Shown here in pieces: positions 38,901-48,549 of a stretch of 64,000 nt of DNA. The DNA lies in assembly GCA_965248925.1 (NCBI GenBank), contig CBDFLE010000005.1, positions 896,001-960,000 on the forward strand, written 5' to 3'. A program made the translations under genes and the position numbers. Source of the stretch: Candidatus Multivoradales bacterium (lineage in GTDB: Bacteria; Acidobacteriota; Thermoanaerobaculia; Multivoradales; J023). The notes beneath the pieces are model-generated. The model saw only the letters and a list, made by a program, of their open reading frames with translations. It searched no databases and was not told the DNA's origin. The first letter of the stretch is position 1; each line of letters opens with the position of its first letter.

Positions 38901-39003
38901 CCGCCCCGTGGCGTTTCAGTTTCACCCCACGGGCCAGGGCCAGGCGCTCCACCGATACTTCTCGCTTTAGTCGCTCTACCTCGGCTTCTGGAATCCTGCT
39001 CAC
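35980..39003 (-). CDS. Primase/P-loop fusion, unit B2
   Basis: Protein identical to unit B1. Confidence 0.9.
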   Translation of the reverse strand: MSRIPEAEVERLKREVSVERLALARGVKLKRHGADLLGLCPFHDDREPSLVISPKKNLWHCLGACQAGGSVIDWVMRDRGVSFRHAVELLRSDLPAEAVAEALPSAPALPSPVVAEAEDAELLGQVVGYYHEALKESPEALAYLESRGLKHPEMIEHFRLGFANRTLGYRLPSKQLKAGKEMRGRLQKLGVLRKSGHEHFNGSIVFPVFDSTGQVVEIYGRKITLNLRKGTPLHLYLPGPHRGIFNAEALVASTEIILCESLIDALTFWCAGYRNVTSAYGIQGFTAEMLAAFGGHGVERVLIAYDRDDAGEKAAGKLAEKLVGAGIDAYRIHFPRGMDANEYALKVTPAAKSLGVVIRKAQWLGKGKAPDVKLGNEPIVGSLAPPAEQSTRPNTAAEAVLAPVAPAEASPLPAPPPPDMPAEVRDQEVVLSLGDRRYRIRGLPKNLAYDVLKVNVLASRGDAFHVDTFDLYAARPRAVFQRAAAAELGVDEKVVKKDLGKVLLKLEELQDEQIRSALEPQSTAVELSEGEKEAALELLRSPDLLVRILADFERCGVVGEETNKLMGYMAATSRFLDRPLAVVVQSSSAAGKSALMEAVLSLMPGEQQVKYSAMTGQSLFYMGETDLQHKILAIVEEEGAERASYALKLLQSEGELTIASTGKDASTGKLVTHEYHVEGPVMIFLTTTAIDIDEELLNRCLVLSVDEAREQTRAIHRLQRQRRTLEGLLSRTRRDGVMALHQNAQRLLRPLAVVNPFAPELTFLDTQIRTRRDHEKYLTLIDVIALLHQYQREVKLAVVDGREVEYVEVVATDIETANRLAHEVLGRSLDELPPQTRRLLGLIDEMVSEACEALAMDRPDYRFSRRAVREHTGWGNTQLKLHLRRLEEFEYLLVHQGGRGQSFVYELVYVASDEPERPRLPGLIEVETLRYDEKKSGSEAEKSGPSRPQVGGVSGGGRGAVSQAESTTSAGNRGVSAKNAYKGVRENGPSCRKSGRRTGGSAAVEGP

Positions 39004-39224
39004 TGTGCCGCCCCCGACTCCACCGGAGTAAGCACCAAACGATCCTGCTCGACCTCCACCCGCAGCCTCTCCCCGCAGCGAAACCCCGCCGCTTCTAGCC
39101 AAGCACCCCGCATCCGCACAAACGGCACAAGCCGCACCGAGCACGGGCCGTTGACGTAGTGCGGCGCACGGGGCTCGTGCAGGGTAGAGATCGTCAGATA
39201 TCGCTCAGCTCTCGGCTCAGACAC
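39000..39224 (-). CDS. SymE-like protein 2, allele B
   Basis: Identical to 31146..31370. Confidence 0.85.
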   Translation of the reverse strand: MSEPRAERYLTISTLHEPRAPHYVNGPCSVRLVPFVRMRGAWLEAAGFRCGERLRVEVEQDRLVLTPVESGAAQ

Positions 39225-39513
39225 AGGCCACTCCCGCCAGGCGACCCGCCGAGACCTCCTCGATCCGGCCGATCTGATCCGCCGGCACCCACACCACCGG
39301 CTGCATTTCCCTCTCCTCCTCGCCCTCTTCCACCCGCGTCACCACCAAACGCCCGTCACCCACGACGTCCACCCGCACCTGGGCTCCAGGATAGAAGCCG
39401 GCGTCGCGCATCCACAGCCCCGCCAGCTGCAGCAGCGGTAGCTGCGCGGACTTGGGGAAGGCGTGCCAACCGTGGCGGTACAGGGCGGAGATGGTTAGCT
39501 TGTGCTCGGTCAT
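39217..39513 (-). CDS. SymE-like protein 1, allele B
   Basis: Identical to 31363..31659. Confidence 0.8.
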   Translation of the reverse strand: MTEHKLTISALYRHGWHAFPKSAQLPLLQLAGLWMRDAGFYPGAQVRVDVVGDGRLVVTRVEEGEEEREMQPVVWVPADQIGRIEEVSAGRLAGVACV

Positions 39514-39682
39514 CGGTCTGCCTCCAAATTTCTTCAGTTAACTCAGATGCAACTCATCTGTGCTCTACAGTACCAATCGGTTGCATTGGTGTCAAGCCTG
39601 CAATGTCTTGACGCATACCTTCGGGTTGCCTAGAATTAACTCAGGACGGAAAAAGGCGTACAAGAAAGGACTGGAAGGTTCT

Positions 39683-40054
39683 ATGAGCCAAGAAAGCGGC
39701 ACGATCAAGACACGGTTCGGCAAGCGAGTTCTTGAGCTACGCAAGACTCGCAGCTGGAAGCAAGACGAGCTTGGCAAAAAGCTCGGCACTTCGGGCGTCG
39801 TCATCGGGCGCTACGAGCGAGGCGAGGTGATGCCGTCGATCAAGGTGGCTCAGAAGATGGCCGAAGTCTTTGGTGTGACGCTCGACTATTTGGTGGGTGA
39901 GCAGGAGGTTCCCAATCTGCTCACCCAAAGCGAAATGGTCGAACGGTGGATGACTCTCGACGCTTTGGCGACGAGCGACCGGGACCGTATCCTCTACGTC
40001 GTCGACTCGCTCATTAGGGAAGCCAAGACCCGCCAGGCTTTCGGCGCCTCTTGA
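39683..40054 (+). CDS. XRE regulator, allele B
   Basis: Identical to 31829..32200. Confidence 0.9.
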   Translation: MSQESGTIKTRFGKRVLELRKTRSWKQDELGKKLGTSGVVIGRYERGEVMPSIKVAQKMAEVFGVTLDYLVGEQEVPNLLTQSEMVERWMTLDALATSDRDRILYVVDSLIREAKTRQAFGAS

Positions 40055-40353
40055 TCCAATATAGACGGAAACCCGGCTCTCACCGGGCTCGATTAATACA
40101 GCTCGCTGATTTCAGTTGGCTTGCGGCGAAACGCCTTCTGGCACCTCCGCAGCAGGCCGATGGACTCATCCGAGACGCACGTACCCGGCAGTCCTACGCC
40201 GCTACTTGAGCCCAGATGCACGAAAGCCCGGCATCAGCCGGACTTTCTGCGAAACGGTTGGCACCTGGCCGCTCAGTGAGTCGAAGCTTCGTAAACCCAA
40301 GCCTTCTTGCTTCGGCTTTGAGAGCCATCATCGGCCTCAGCCCAGGTAGAACC

Positions 40354-40791
40354 TCAAGGCAACTCAGCAGCCTGAGCAGACTCTGATGAAGATCGAACAA
40401 AGAGCTGGATATACGACCCTACGCTTCCTGAATCCTCATCGAGGGTATTCGGATCGAACTCGACCCCTGATCTGACGAGCATCTCTTCGAGGTCTTCGAG
40501 CAGATGCGAATGAGCCATGTACAGATCTACAGAAAGATCTAGGTGCCCCTTGAGTTCCTCAAACCTCATATTTGGGGAAAGCTTGTTCTCTGGAATACCT
40601 AGCTCGTGGGCTACAAACCTTCTTCCGTCTAGGATCTTGCTAGAGCTACTTGCCACGAGCCTAGGTGGAAAGTGAGAGAGAAAGTCATTCTTGTCAATCG
40701 CTGGCAGTCGTTTGATACGAGAGCGCTTCAATCCCCTGCTGGCAATCCAGTAGAGCGCCATTGCCAAAAGAATCCACCACCACAAATCCAT
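40354..40791 (-). CDS. Putative immunity protein B (copy 2)
   Basis: Identical to 32500..32937. Confidence 0.75.
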   Translation of the reverse strand: MDLWWWILLAMALYWIASRGLKRSRIKRLPAIDKNDFLSHFPPRLVASSSSKILDGRRFVAHELGIPENKLSPNMRFEELKGHLDLSVDLYMAHSHLLEDLEEMLVRSGVEFDPNTLDEDSGSVGSYIQLFVRSSSESAQAAELP

Positions 40792-40813
40792 TTTTATAGC
40801 CTCCCGGTTTCAG

Positions 40814-41869
40814 CTAGAAAGCGCAGTTTGCCAGAGTTCCGATGTTGTAGTAGCCAACGAACACGGTAGCTGGCGTGGCAACAAACGACACGGCCCGGCC
40901 CCCGGCGCGGACAGCGCCCGAGGCCGATCTTGCTACCGCGGAGTTTGGGAAAGCCCTCTTAAGGGGAGATCCGACAAGTGCTCTTCCTGGGTTAGTCAAG
41001 GGGTCTGTTGCTTTCGGGACCCTGAAAGGCGGCAGTAAACGCTTCGGAAAAGCTGAACCGAAAACTACCGCACCGGCATTGATCCTATTCTTCCGCACGC
41101 ACCGTGAATAGTCTACGCCGTCAATAGGCAAGCTAGCCAGAGCGCGATCATGTAACGCAAGCGGTGCCGGGTCAGGGCGACTGGATACTTCAATGAAAGC
41201 CAAGAGGGTAGGGAAAACATCTACCGAGGATTCTCCATCGCCACCCTCGGCGCTGTCGACTACGTCAATCCGCTCGCCACAGATCACAGTCTGCGAACCG
41301 TCTTCGCTGGTTTGAGTAACGCACTCCGGGTCAAGACCATCCGGGTCGACCAGGTTTAGAGGGTTGTTCACTACATAAGAGTAGCGATTCCAAGATTGTG
41401 GGATTGGCGCAGTTCCGTTTACTGGATCAATACTCAAGAACCTCCCCACCACCGGACTGCAATGCCGAGCGTGCATGTAGTCCAGCTCGCTACGGCTGCC
41501 TGTGCCGGTCTTATCCCTCTCATGGCCGGTAAACTTCAGCCCAATCTCATCAGCACCAGCGTTAGTCGCCTCTTGACCGAACGGGTAATAGTTGTGCAAC
41601 GCCACCTGCTGACCACCTCGGGTGAAGGGGACAGCCCGACGCGGTTTCCAGCTTGAGAGCTGGTAACCCTCTATGCCTGTTCTACTTAAGCCTCGCTCGG
41701 CCCTACTGCCGGCGGGGTCTTGGTGCTCGAAGGTCCAGAGGCGAGTTTCGGCGTAGCTCGACTCGGAGATCGGCGCGATCGCTGTTGCCGGCATCGTCAC
41801 CGCCAGGAGCGCGACGACCAGCCCGAGCGCCATCGTCCAAGTGCTTCTTCCTTTAGCTGCCTGCCTCAT
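40814..41869 (-). CDS. Mini-Rhs toxin B (copy 2)
   Basis: Identical to 32960..34015. Confidence 0.85.
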   Translation of the reverse strand: MRQAAKGRSTWTMALGLVVALLAVTMPATAIAPISESSYAETRLWTFEHQDPAGSRAERGLSRTGIEGYQLSSWKPRRAVPFTRGGQQVALHNYYPFGQEATNAGADEIGLKFTGHERDKTGTGSRSELDYMHARHCSPVVGRFLSIDPVNGTAPIPQSWNRYSYVVNNPLNLVDPDGLDPECVTQTSEDGSQTVICGERIDVVDSAEGGDGESSVDVFPTLLAFIEVSSRPDPAPLALHDRALASLPIDGVDYSRCVRKNRINAGAVVFGSAFPKRLLPPFRVPKATDPLTNPGRALVGSPLKRAFPNSAVARSASGAVRAGGRAVSFVATPATVFVGYYNIGTLANCAF

Positions 41870-42346
41870 GCCGGGCCATTCTACGCCGCGGGTGGCGCTC
41901 GAAGACAGCGGCTAAAGGAGGAAGGGTGGTTGGTGCGGAGGCGGGATGCGGTTTTCTTAGGCCGCTTTCTTCGGGCAGTGGGTGTTTTCTTAGGTCGTTT
42001 TCGTCGGGCTGGTCGTCGGAGCGAGCGCGGGTCTTTCCGGCAGTTTGGTGCCGGCGGCGCAGCCGCCAAACCAATCTGCACGTTGGGGGCGTGGTGGCGG
42101 CGGGGCCGGAGCCGAGCACGGCGACCGCAGGGCGCCGCGCGCAGGGTACGGAGGCCACGACGCAGGGCGGGTCTTGGGAGGAGGATGGGGAGCCCCCTTG
42201 AGGGGGCGGACGGGGCCCGGCCGAGCCGTCGCAGTGCTGGCTGGTGGATCTCGGCAAGGAGGCCCGGAGCGGGGCGTGGTTCCGAAGCCGCTGACCATCG
42301 CAGGCTCGCGGAGTGCTCACCCCAAGTTCCCTCTGTGCCAATGTAG

Positions 42347-42811
42347 GTGAGACACTCCCGTACCGATAAATTAGTGAGGGCGTGGAGAGCAAACACCATG
42401 GCGAGTCCAAGCCACGAGCTGCGAGATATGAGTGCTGACCGACCAGATCCCGAGGTAACTGAGAAGGCGAAGCGGCGGCGGTACAGCGCGTCGTACAAGC
42501 TGAGCATCGTCCAGGCCGCCGACGCCTGTAGCAAAGCCGGCGAGATTGGCGCCCTGCTTCGCCAGGAGGGTCTGTATTCCTCGCTACTGTCGACGTGGCG
42601 CCGTCAGCGCGACACGGGAGCTCTGGCCGGTCTGTCGAAGAAGCGCGGTCGCAAGCGTCGACCGGTCTCTGCCGAGGCCCGCCGCGTCGCGGAGCTTGAG
42701 CGTGAGAATGCCCGGCTCAAGCATCAGCTGTACAAAGCCGAGACGATCATCGATGTCCAAAAAAAACTTTCCCGGCTGCTAGGGATCGAGCCGAGCGAGA
42801 GCCAGCCATGA
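42347..42811 (+). CDS. IS3 transposase OrfA (start may be downstream)
   Basis: KRRRYSASYKLSIV HTH, leucine-zipper-like ELERENARLK, A8 slippery site at 42759..42766. Confidence 0.85.
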   Translation: MRHSRTDKLVRAWRANTMASPSHELRDMSADRPDPEVTEKAKRRRYSASYKLSIVQAADACSKAGEIGALLRQEGLYSSLLSTWRRQRDTGALAGLSKKRGRKRRPVSAEARRVAELERENARLKHQLYKAETIIDVQKKLSRLLGIEPSESQP

Positions 42812-43929
42812 GCGCTGTGGCGCCGCTGGCCGAGACGGTGGGGGTGCAAGCAGCCTGCGTCGCCTTGGCGGTCCCCAGAGCCACTTTCTATCGCCGCCGT
42901 CGGCAGCAGAGCGCAGGGCCGCAGCTATCAACGCGGCCTCGACCGCCGCTGGCATTGACGCCCGCTGAACGCCAGGAGGTCCTCGATGTGTTGCACTCGG
43001 AGCGCTTCGTCGACCGCTCGCCGCGTCAAGTCTGGGCGGCGCTGCTGGACGAGGATCAGCGCCATATCTGCTCGGTGCGCACCATGTACCGGGTCCTGGA
43101 GTCTGAGGGCGAGCTGCGCGAGCGACGCCGTCAGCGGCGTCATCCCAACTACACCAAGCCCGAACTGCTGGCCACAGGGCCGAACGAGGTGTGGTCGTGG
43201 GACATCACCAAGCTCAAGGGCCCGGTGAAGTGGACCCACTACTACCTTTACGTAATTCTGGACGTCTTCAGCCGCTACATCGTCGGCTGGATGCTCGCCT
43301 GCCGCGAGTCCGGAGGGCTCGCGAAGCGGTTGATCGCCGACAGTGTTGAGAAGCAAGGTGTTGAGCGAGATCGACTTACCTTGCACTCGGACCGCGGTTC
43401 GAGCATGACATCCAAGCCAGTGGCTCTACTGCTGGCCGATCTCGGGATGACACGGTCGCTGAACCGGCCCTACACGAGCAACGACAATCCGTTCTCTGAG
43501 GCCCAGTTCAAGACGCTCAAGTACCATCCGAGCTTTCCCGACCGCTTCGGATCACTGGAAGATGCACGAGCATTCTGCCGCTCGTTCATCGGCTGGTACA
43601 ACACGCAGCACTACCACACAGGACTCGGCTTGTTGACGCCAGAGACCGTCCACTACGGCCTCACGGCCTCAGTACTGGAGCAACGTCGAGAAGTCCTCGC
43701 CGCCGCCTCAGCCGCTCATCCAAGCCGCTTCAAGCGGCGAGCGCCGGCTTTGCCGGAGCCCAGTGACAAGGTCTGGATCAACCCGCCGACCACCGCCGCC
43801 AGCACTGACCCAGTCGATACCGAGAACGTAGTGACACACCGCGTACACAACGACGCACCAGGCGAGACCCCTGGCTGCGCGCCCTCGCTGAAAGCGATGG
43901 TGCCGGAGCCACTACCGATTCCGTACTAA
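42808..43929 (+). CDS. IS3 transposase OrfB (DDE integrase core)
   Basis: WSWDIT, HSDRGS, NPFSEAQFKTLK; -1 frame relative to orfA. Confidence 0.92.
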   Translation: MSAVAPLAETVGVQAACVALAVPRATFYRRRRQQSAGPQLSTRPRPPLALTPAERQEVLDVLHSERFVDRSPRQVWAALLDEDQRHICSVRTMYRVLESEGELRERRRQRRHPNYTKPELLATGPNEVWSWDITKLKGPVKWTHYYLYVILDVFSRYIVGWMLACRESGGLAKRLIADSVEKQGVERDRLTLHSDRGSSMTSKPVALLLADLGMTRSLNRPYTSNDNPFSEAQFKTLKYHPSFPDRFGSLEDARAFCRSFIGWYNTQHYHTGLGLLTPETVHYGLTASVLEQRREVLAAASAAHPSRFKRRAPALPEPSDKVWINPPTTAASTDPVDTENVVTHRVHNDAPGETPGCAPSLKAMVPEPLPIPY

Positions 43930-44411
43930 TTCCCAGAAGAAAGTGTCTCACTTTCATTGACACATTCCGGTTTCCATAATGCACGCGTTATGGAAAGGCC
44001 GTAGGCCCGGAGCCGGGGCGTGTGAGGGCCAGGTCGGATAGGGCGCGCACTATCGGACAGCGACCCATGCAAGCCGCGTGACATCTGGGAGGTCCGAGGA
44101 GGGGCCCAGGTGGCGCGCGGCTTGCGGAGCGGCTGGCCCGTGCCCGGAGGGAGCGCAGCGACCGGAGGGACACACGCCCCGGCGGAGCTTGGGGCGAGCT
44201 TTCGGAGACTCTTTTCTTGGACTACCTGAAGCCTCGCTCCGGGCCGGTGATCGGAGGGCTCAGGTGGTGGATCGCAGATGCTCGGGCCGGGGCGGGCAGG
44301 GGTGACAAAACAAACACCGCCGAGGGCTGCGTGGCCCGCGAACGGAGGACGGCGCAGCCGGCCGCAGCGCGGGACGCGCAGACCCGGACCGCTTCGGGTG
44401 GCGGGCGGGGG

Positions 44412-45485
44412 TCAGTCCTCCGCCTCGGTCTCGACTACATCGAGTAAGTCCTCGGCGGTCACTTCATCGCTGCCGTCTTCTTCTGTCGGCGGTGCCACCC
44501 GCCGCCCTAGCTTCGCGCCCGGATGGGTTGCCGAGTGGATCGACTTCAGTTTGCGGATCGATACCTGAGTGTAAATCTGCGTCGTCTCCAGCTTGGCATG
44601 GCCGAGCATCTGCTGAATGAAGCGGATATCCGCACCACCTTCGAGCATCAGCGTCGCCATCGTGTGGCGGAAGAGATGGCAAGCGCCCGACTTGCCGAGA
44701 TCGGCGGCGAGCACGTAGCCGCGCACCAGCTGACTCATTCGCGACGGAGCAAACGGCGTCCCCTGGTTGGTGAGAAAGAGCGTCCCGCCGTCCGGCTCGA
44801 CCATCAGCGACGGCCGTACCTCAGTGACGTAGCGATCGATCCAGGCCAGCGCCCGCTCGCCGATCGGGATCATCCAGTCTTTCCGCCCCTTGCCCTGGCG
44901 CACCATCACCGTTCCGCGTTCGATGTCGAGATCGTAACGGCCGAGGCCGATCAGCTCAGCCCGGCGCATGCCGGTCGAGTAGAAGACTTCAAGGATCGTC
45001 CGGTCGCGCATCCCGAGCGGGTCGACGGTGTCGGGCTGGTTGAGCACCTGGTCGGCTTCAGAGGCGGTCAGCACCGCCGCCGGCAGCCGGTGCTCCAGCT
45101 TCGGTAGCTCCAGCTCCGAGGCCGGGTTGTAGAGCAGGTGGTTGGCCCGAGTCGCCCACTTGAAGAAAGCCCGCACCGGCACCAGCCGCGAGTGCTGCGC
45201 CCGGAAAGACAGCGGCCGCCCGTCCCCAGGCTTGCGGTAGTGGTAGAGCCACCTGGCGTAGCGCTCCAGGATCGGCTTGGTCACTTCCGACGGCCGCGAC
45301 ACCCCACGCTCTTCACACCATGCGATGAGAAACGAGAGGTATAGATGCCGGTTCTCAACGGTTCGTGGAGAGTAGTTCTTGATCGCCATCCACTCCAGGT
45401 ACTGGCCGGCCATCACCGCGAAACCCCGAGGGTCGGTTGGATTGCCCGGCAAGAGGCGGATCTTGCGCTCGCCACGGCGCGGCAT
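44412..45485 (-). CDS. Tyrosine recombinase, unit C1
   Basis: One amino-acid difference (DTVDP vs DTADP) from the B units. Confidence 0.95.
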   Translation of the reverse strand: MPRRGERKIRLLPGNPTDPRGFAVMAGQYLEWMAIKNYSPRTVENRHLYLSFLIAWCEERGVSRPSEVTKPILERYARWLYHYRKPGDGRPLSFRAQHSRLVPVRAFFKWATRANHLLYNPASELELPKLEHRLPAAVLTASEADQVLNQPDTVDPLGMRDRTILEVFYSTGMRRAELIGLGRYDLDIERGTVMVRQGKGRKDWMIPIGERALAWIDRYVTEVRPSLMVEPDGGTLFLTNQGTPFAPSRMSQLVRGYVLAADLGKSGACHLFRHTMATLMLEGGADIRFIQQMLGHAKLETTQIYTQVSIRKLKSIHSATHPGAKLGRRVAPPTEEDGSDEVTAEDLLDVVETEAED

Positions 45486-48400
45486 CAGGCCCCCTCGACC
45501 GCCGCCGAGCCGCCGGTACGACGCCCAGGTTTACGACATGACGGGCCGTTTTCTCGCTCCCCCTTATATGCGTTTTTTGCCGAAACTCCACGATTTCCGG
45601 CCGAAGTTGTTGATTCTGCTTGGGAAACTGCACCCCGACCACCCCCCGACACCCCCCCGACTTGGGGCCGACTTGGCCCCGACTTCTCAGCTTCAGACCC
45701 CGACTTCTTTTCGTCGTACCTGAGTGTTTCGACCTCGATCAGCCCCGGCAGTCGCGGCCGCTCCGGCTCGTCGCTGGCCACGTAAACCAGCTCGTAGACA
45801 AAGCTCTGCCCCCGCCCGCCCTGATGCACCAGCAGATACTCAAACTCCTCAAGACGGCGTAGGTGCAGCTTCAGCTGCGTATTGCCCCAGCCGGTGTGCT
45901 CGCGCACCGCCCGCCGGCTGAAACGGTAGTCCGGCCGATCCATCGCCAGCGCCTCACAGGCTTCGCTGACCATCTCGTCGATCAGCCCCAGCAGGCGCCG
46001 CGTCTGCGGCGGCAGCTCATCGAGCGAGCGCCCCAAGACTTCGTGCGCCAGGCGGTTGGCTGTCTCGATGTCTGTGGCCACCACTTCGACGTACTCCACC
46101 TCTCGCCCGTCGACCACCGCCAGCTTCACCTCTCGCTGGTATTGATGCAAAAGAGCAATCACGTCGATCAGCGTCAGGTACTTCTCGTGGTCCCGGCGGG
46201 TGCGGATTTGCGTATCGAGAAAGGTAAGTTCCGGAGCAAAGGGATTGACCACCGCCAGCGGCCGCAGCAGCCGCTGCGCGTTCTGGTGCAGCGCCATCAC
46301 CCCGTCGCGCCGGGTGCGCGAGAGTAGCCCCTCCAGCGTCCGCCGCTGCCGCTGCAGCCGGTGAATCGCCCGCGTCTGCTCTCGCGCCTCGTCCACCGAG
46401 AGCACCAAGCAGCGATTCAAAAGCTCTTCATCGATGTCGATTGCCGTGGTCGTCAAGAAGATCATCACCGGCCCTTCGACGTGGTACTCGTGCGTCACCA
46501 GCTTGCCCGTTGAAGCATCCTTGCCGGTCGAGGCAATCGTCAGCTCGCCCTCCGACTGAAGCAGCTTCAAGGCGTAGCTAGCCCGCTCGGCCCCCTCCTC
46601 CTCGACGATCGCCAGGATCTTGTGCTGCAGATCCGTTTCGCCCATGTAGAACAGCGATTGCCCGGTCATCGCCGAGTACTTCACTTGCTGCTCACCTGGC
46701 ATCAGCGACAGCACCGCCTCCATCAGCGCCGACTTACCGGCCGCTGAGCTGGACTGCACCACCACCGCCAGCGGCCGTTCCAGGAAACGCGAGGTCGACG
46801 CCAGGTAGCCCATCAGCTTGTTGACCTCCTCGCCCACCACCCCGCAGCGCTCGAAGTCCGCGAGGATGCGCACCAAGAGATCTGGTGAGCGCAGCAGCTC
46901 AAGCGCCGCTTCCTTCTCTCCCTCTGACAGCTCCACCGCCGTCGACTGCGGCTCGAGTGCTGAGCGGATCTGCTCGTCCTGCAGCTCCTCGAGCTTCAGC
47001 AGCACCTTGCCCAGATCCTTCTTGACCACCTGCTCCTCGACCCCCAGCTCAGCGGCTGCCGCCCGCTGAAACACCGCCCGCGGCCGCGCCGCGTAGAGAT
47101 CGAAAGTGTCGACGTGGAAGGCGTCGCCCCGCGACGCCAGGACGTTGACCTTGAGCACGTCGTAGGCCAGATTCTTCGGCAGACCGCGAATGCGGTAGCG
47201 GCGATCGCCGAGCGACAAGACCACCTCCTGGTCGCGCACCTCAGCCGGCATATCTGGCGGAGGCGGTGCGGGCAGTGGGGAGGCTTCGGCCGGGGCGGGC
47301 AGTGCCAATACCGCCTCTCCGGCGGTATTCGATGATGTCAGCTGCTCTGTTGGTGGAGCCATTACCGCCTCTGCGGCTGTGTTTGGCCGTACCGTTGGCG
47401 CGATTAGGCCAGCTGTTGGCCCAAACCCCGGTTTCACGCCCGGCGGCTTGCCTTTGCCGAGCCACTGTGCTTTGCGGATCACCACCCCCAGCGACTTCGC
47501 CGCCGGGGTCACCTTCAGCGCGTACTCGTTGGCATCCATGCCACGCGGAAATTGGATTCGGTAGCAGTCGATCCCGGCACCCACCAGCTTCTCGGCCAGC
47601 TTCCCGGCGGCCTTCTCGCCGGCATCGTCACGGTCGTAGGCGATCAGCACCCGCTCGACTCCGTGGCCACCGAAGGCTGCCAGCATCTCCGCGGTGAAAC
47701 CCTGGATGCCGTAGGCGCTGGTGACGTTACGGTAACCCGCACACCAGAAAGTCAGAGCGTCGATCAGCGACTCGCAGAGGATGATCTCGGTCGAGGCCAC
47801 CAGAGCTTCCGCATTAAAGATCCCTCGATGTGGACCCGGCAGATAGAGATGCAAGGGCGTCCCCTTGCGAAGATTCAGTGTGATCTTGCGCCCGTAGATC
47901 TCCACCACCCGGCCACCCTTGAAGACCGGAAAGACGATCGAGCCGTTGAAGTGCTCATGACCCGACTTGCGCAGCACGCCGAGCTTCTGCAATCGACCCC
48001 GCATCTCCTTACCCGCCTTCAGCTGCTTCGATGGCAGTCGATAGCCCAGCGTCCGGTTGGCGAAGCCAAGCCTGAAATGCTCGATCATCTCCGGGTGCTT
48101 CAGCCCTCTGCTCTCCAGATAAGCCAGCGCCTCCGGGCTCTCCTTCAAAGCCTCGTGGTAGTAGCCGACGACCTGGCCGAGCAGCTCCGCGTCCTCGACG
48201 TCCGCCACCACCGGCGAAGGCAGAGCCGGCGCCGAAGGCCGCGCCTCAGTGACCGCCGCCGCCGGCAGATCCGAGCGCAGCAGCTCGACCGCGTGGCGAA
48301 ACGAAACCCCGCGATCTCGCATCACCCAATCGATCACCGAGCCACCCGCCTGGCAGGCGCCCAGGCAGTGCCACAGGTTCTTCTTCGGTGAAATGACGAG

Positions 48401-48547
48401 AGAGGGCTCCTTGTCGTCGTGAAACGGACAGAGGCCGAGTAGATCTGCCCCGTGCCGCTTCAGCTTCACCCCCCGAGCCTGGGCCAGGCGCTCTACCGAC
48501 ACCTCTCGCTTTAGCCGCTCCACCTCCGCTTCCGGAATCCTGCTCAC
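45485..48547 (-). CDS. Primase/P-loop fusion, unit C1
   Basis: Same motifs with a longer Pro/Ala linker; GTG start at VSRIPEAE. Confidence 0.9.
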   Translation of the reverse strand: MSRIPEAEVERLKREVSVERLAQARGVKLKRHGADLLGLCPFHDDKEPSLVISPKKNLWHCLGACQAGGSVIDWVMRDRGVSFRHAVELLRSDLPAAAVTEARPSAPALPSPVVADVEDAELLGQVVGYYHEALKESPEALAYLESRGLKHPEMIEHFRLGFANRTLGYRLPSKQLKAGKEMRGRLQKLGVLRKSGHEHFNGSIVFPVFKGGRVVEIYGRKITLNLRKGTPLHLYLPGPHRGIFNAEALVASTEIILCESLIDALTFWCAGYRNVTSAYGIQGFTAEMLAAFGGHGVERVLIAYDRDDAGEKAAGKLAEKLVGAGIDCYRIQFPRGMDANEYALKVTPAAKSLGVVIRKAQWLGKGKPPGVKPGFGPTAGLIAPTVRPNTAAEAVMAPPTEQLTSSNTAGEAVLALPAPAEASPLPAPPPPDMPAEVRDQEVVLSLGDRRYRIRGLPKNLAYDVLKVNVLASRGDAFHVDTFDLYAARPRAVFQRAAAAELGVEEQVVKKDLGKVLLKLEELQDEQIRSALEPQSTAVELSEGEKEAALELLRSPDLLVRILADFERCGVVGEEVNKLMGYLASTSRFLERPLAVVVQSSSAAGKSALMEAVLSLMPGEQQVKYSAMTGQSLFYMGETDLQHKILAIVEEEGAERASYALKLLQSEGELTIASTGKDASTGKLVTHEYHVEGPVMIFLTTTAIDIDEELLNRCLVLSVDEAREQTRAIHRLQRQRRTLEGLLSRTRRDGVMALHQNAQRLLRPLAVVNPFAPELTFLDTQIRTRRDHEKYLTLIDVIALLHQYQREVKLAVVDGREVEYVEVVATDIETANRLAHEVLGRSLDELPPQTRRLLGLIDEMVSEACEALAMDRPDYRFSRRAVREHTGWGNTQLKLHLRRLEEFEYLLVHQGGRGQSFVYELVYVASDEPERPRLPGLIEVETLRYDEKKSGSEAEKSGPSRPQVGGVSGGGRGAVSQAESTTSAGNRGVSAKNAYKGERENGPSCRKPGRRTGGSAAVEGA

Positions 48548-48549
48548 CC

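Larger units (their letters stand above)
42329..43969 (+). mobile_element. IS3-family element, intact, 1641 bp, with 3-bp target duplication GTT
   Basis: The empty site CCCAA-GTT-TCCATAA is seen in other units. Subterminal inverted repeats TGTGCCAATGTAGGTGAGACACT / AGTGTCTCACTTTCATTGACACA; orfA/orfB organisation. Confidence 0.95.
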
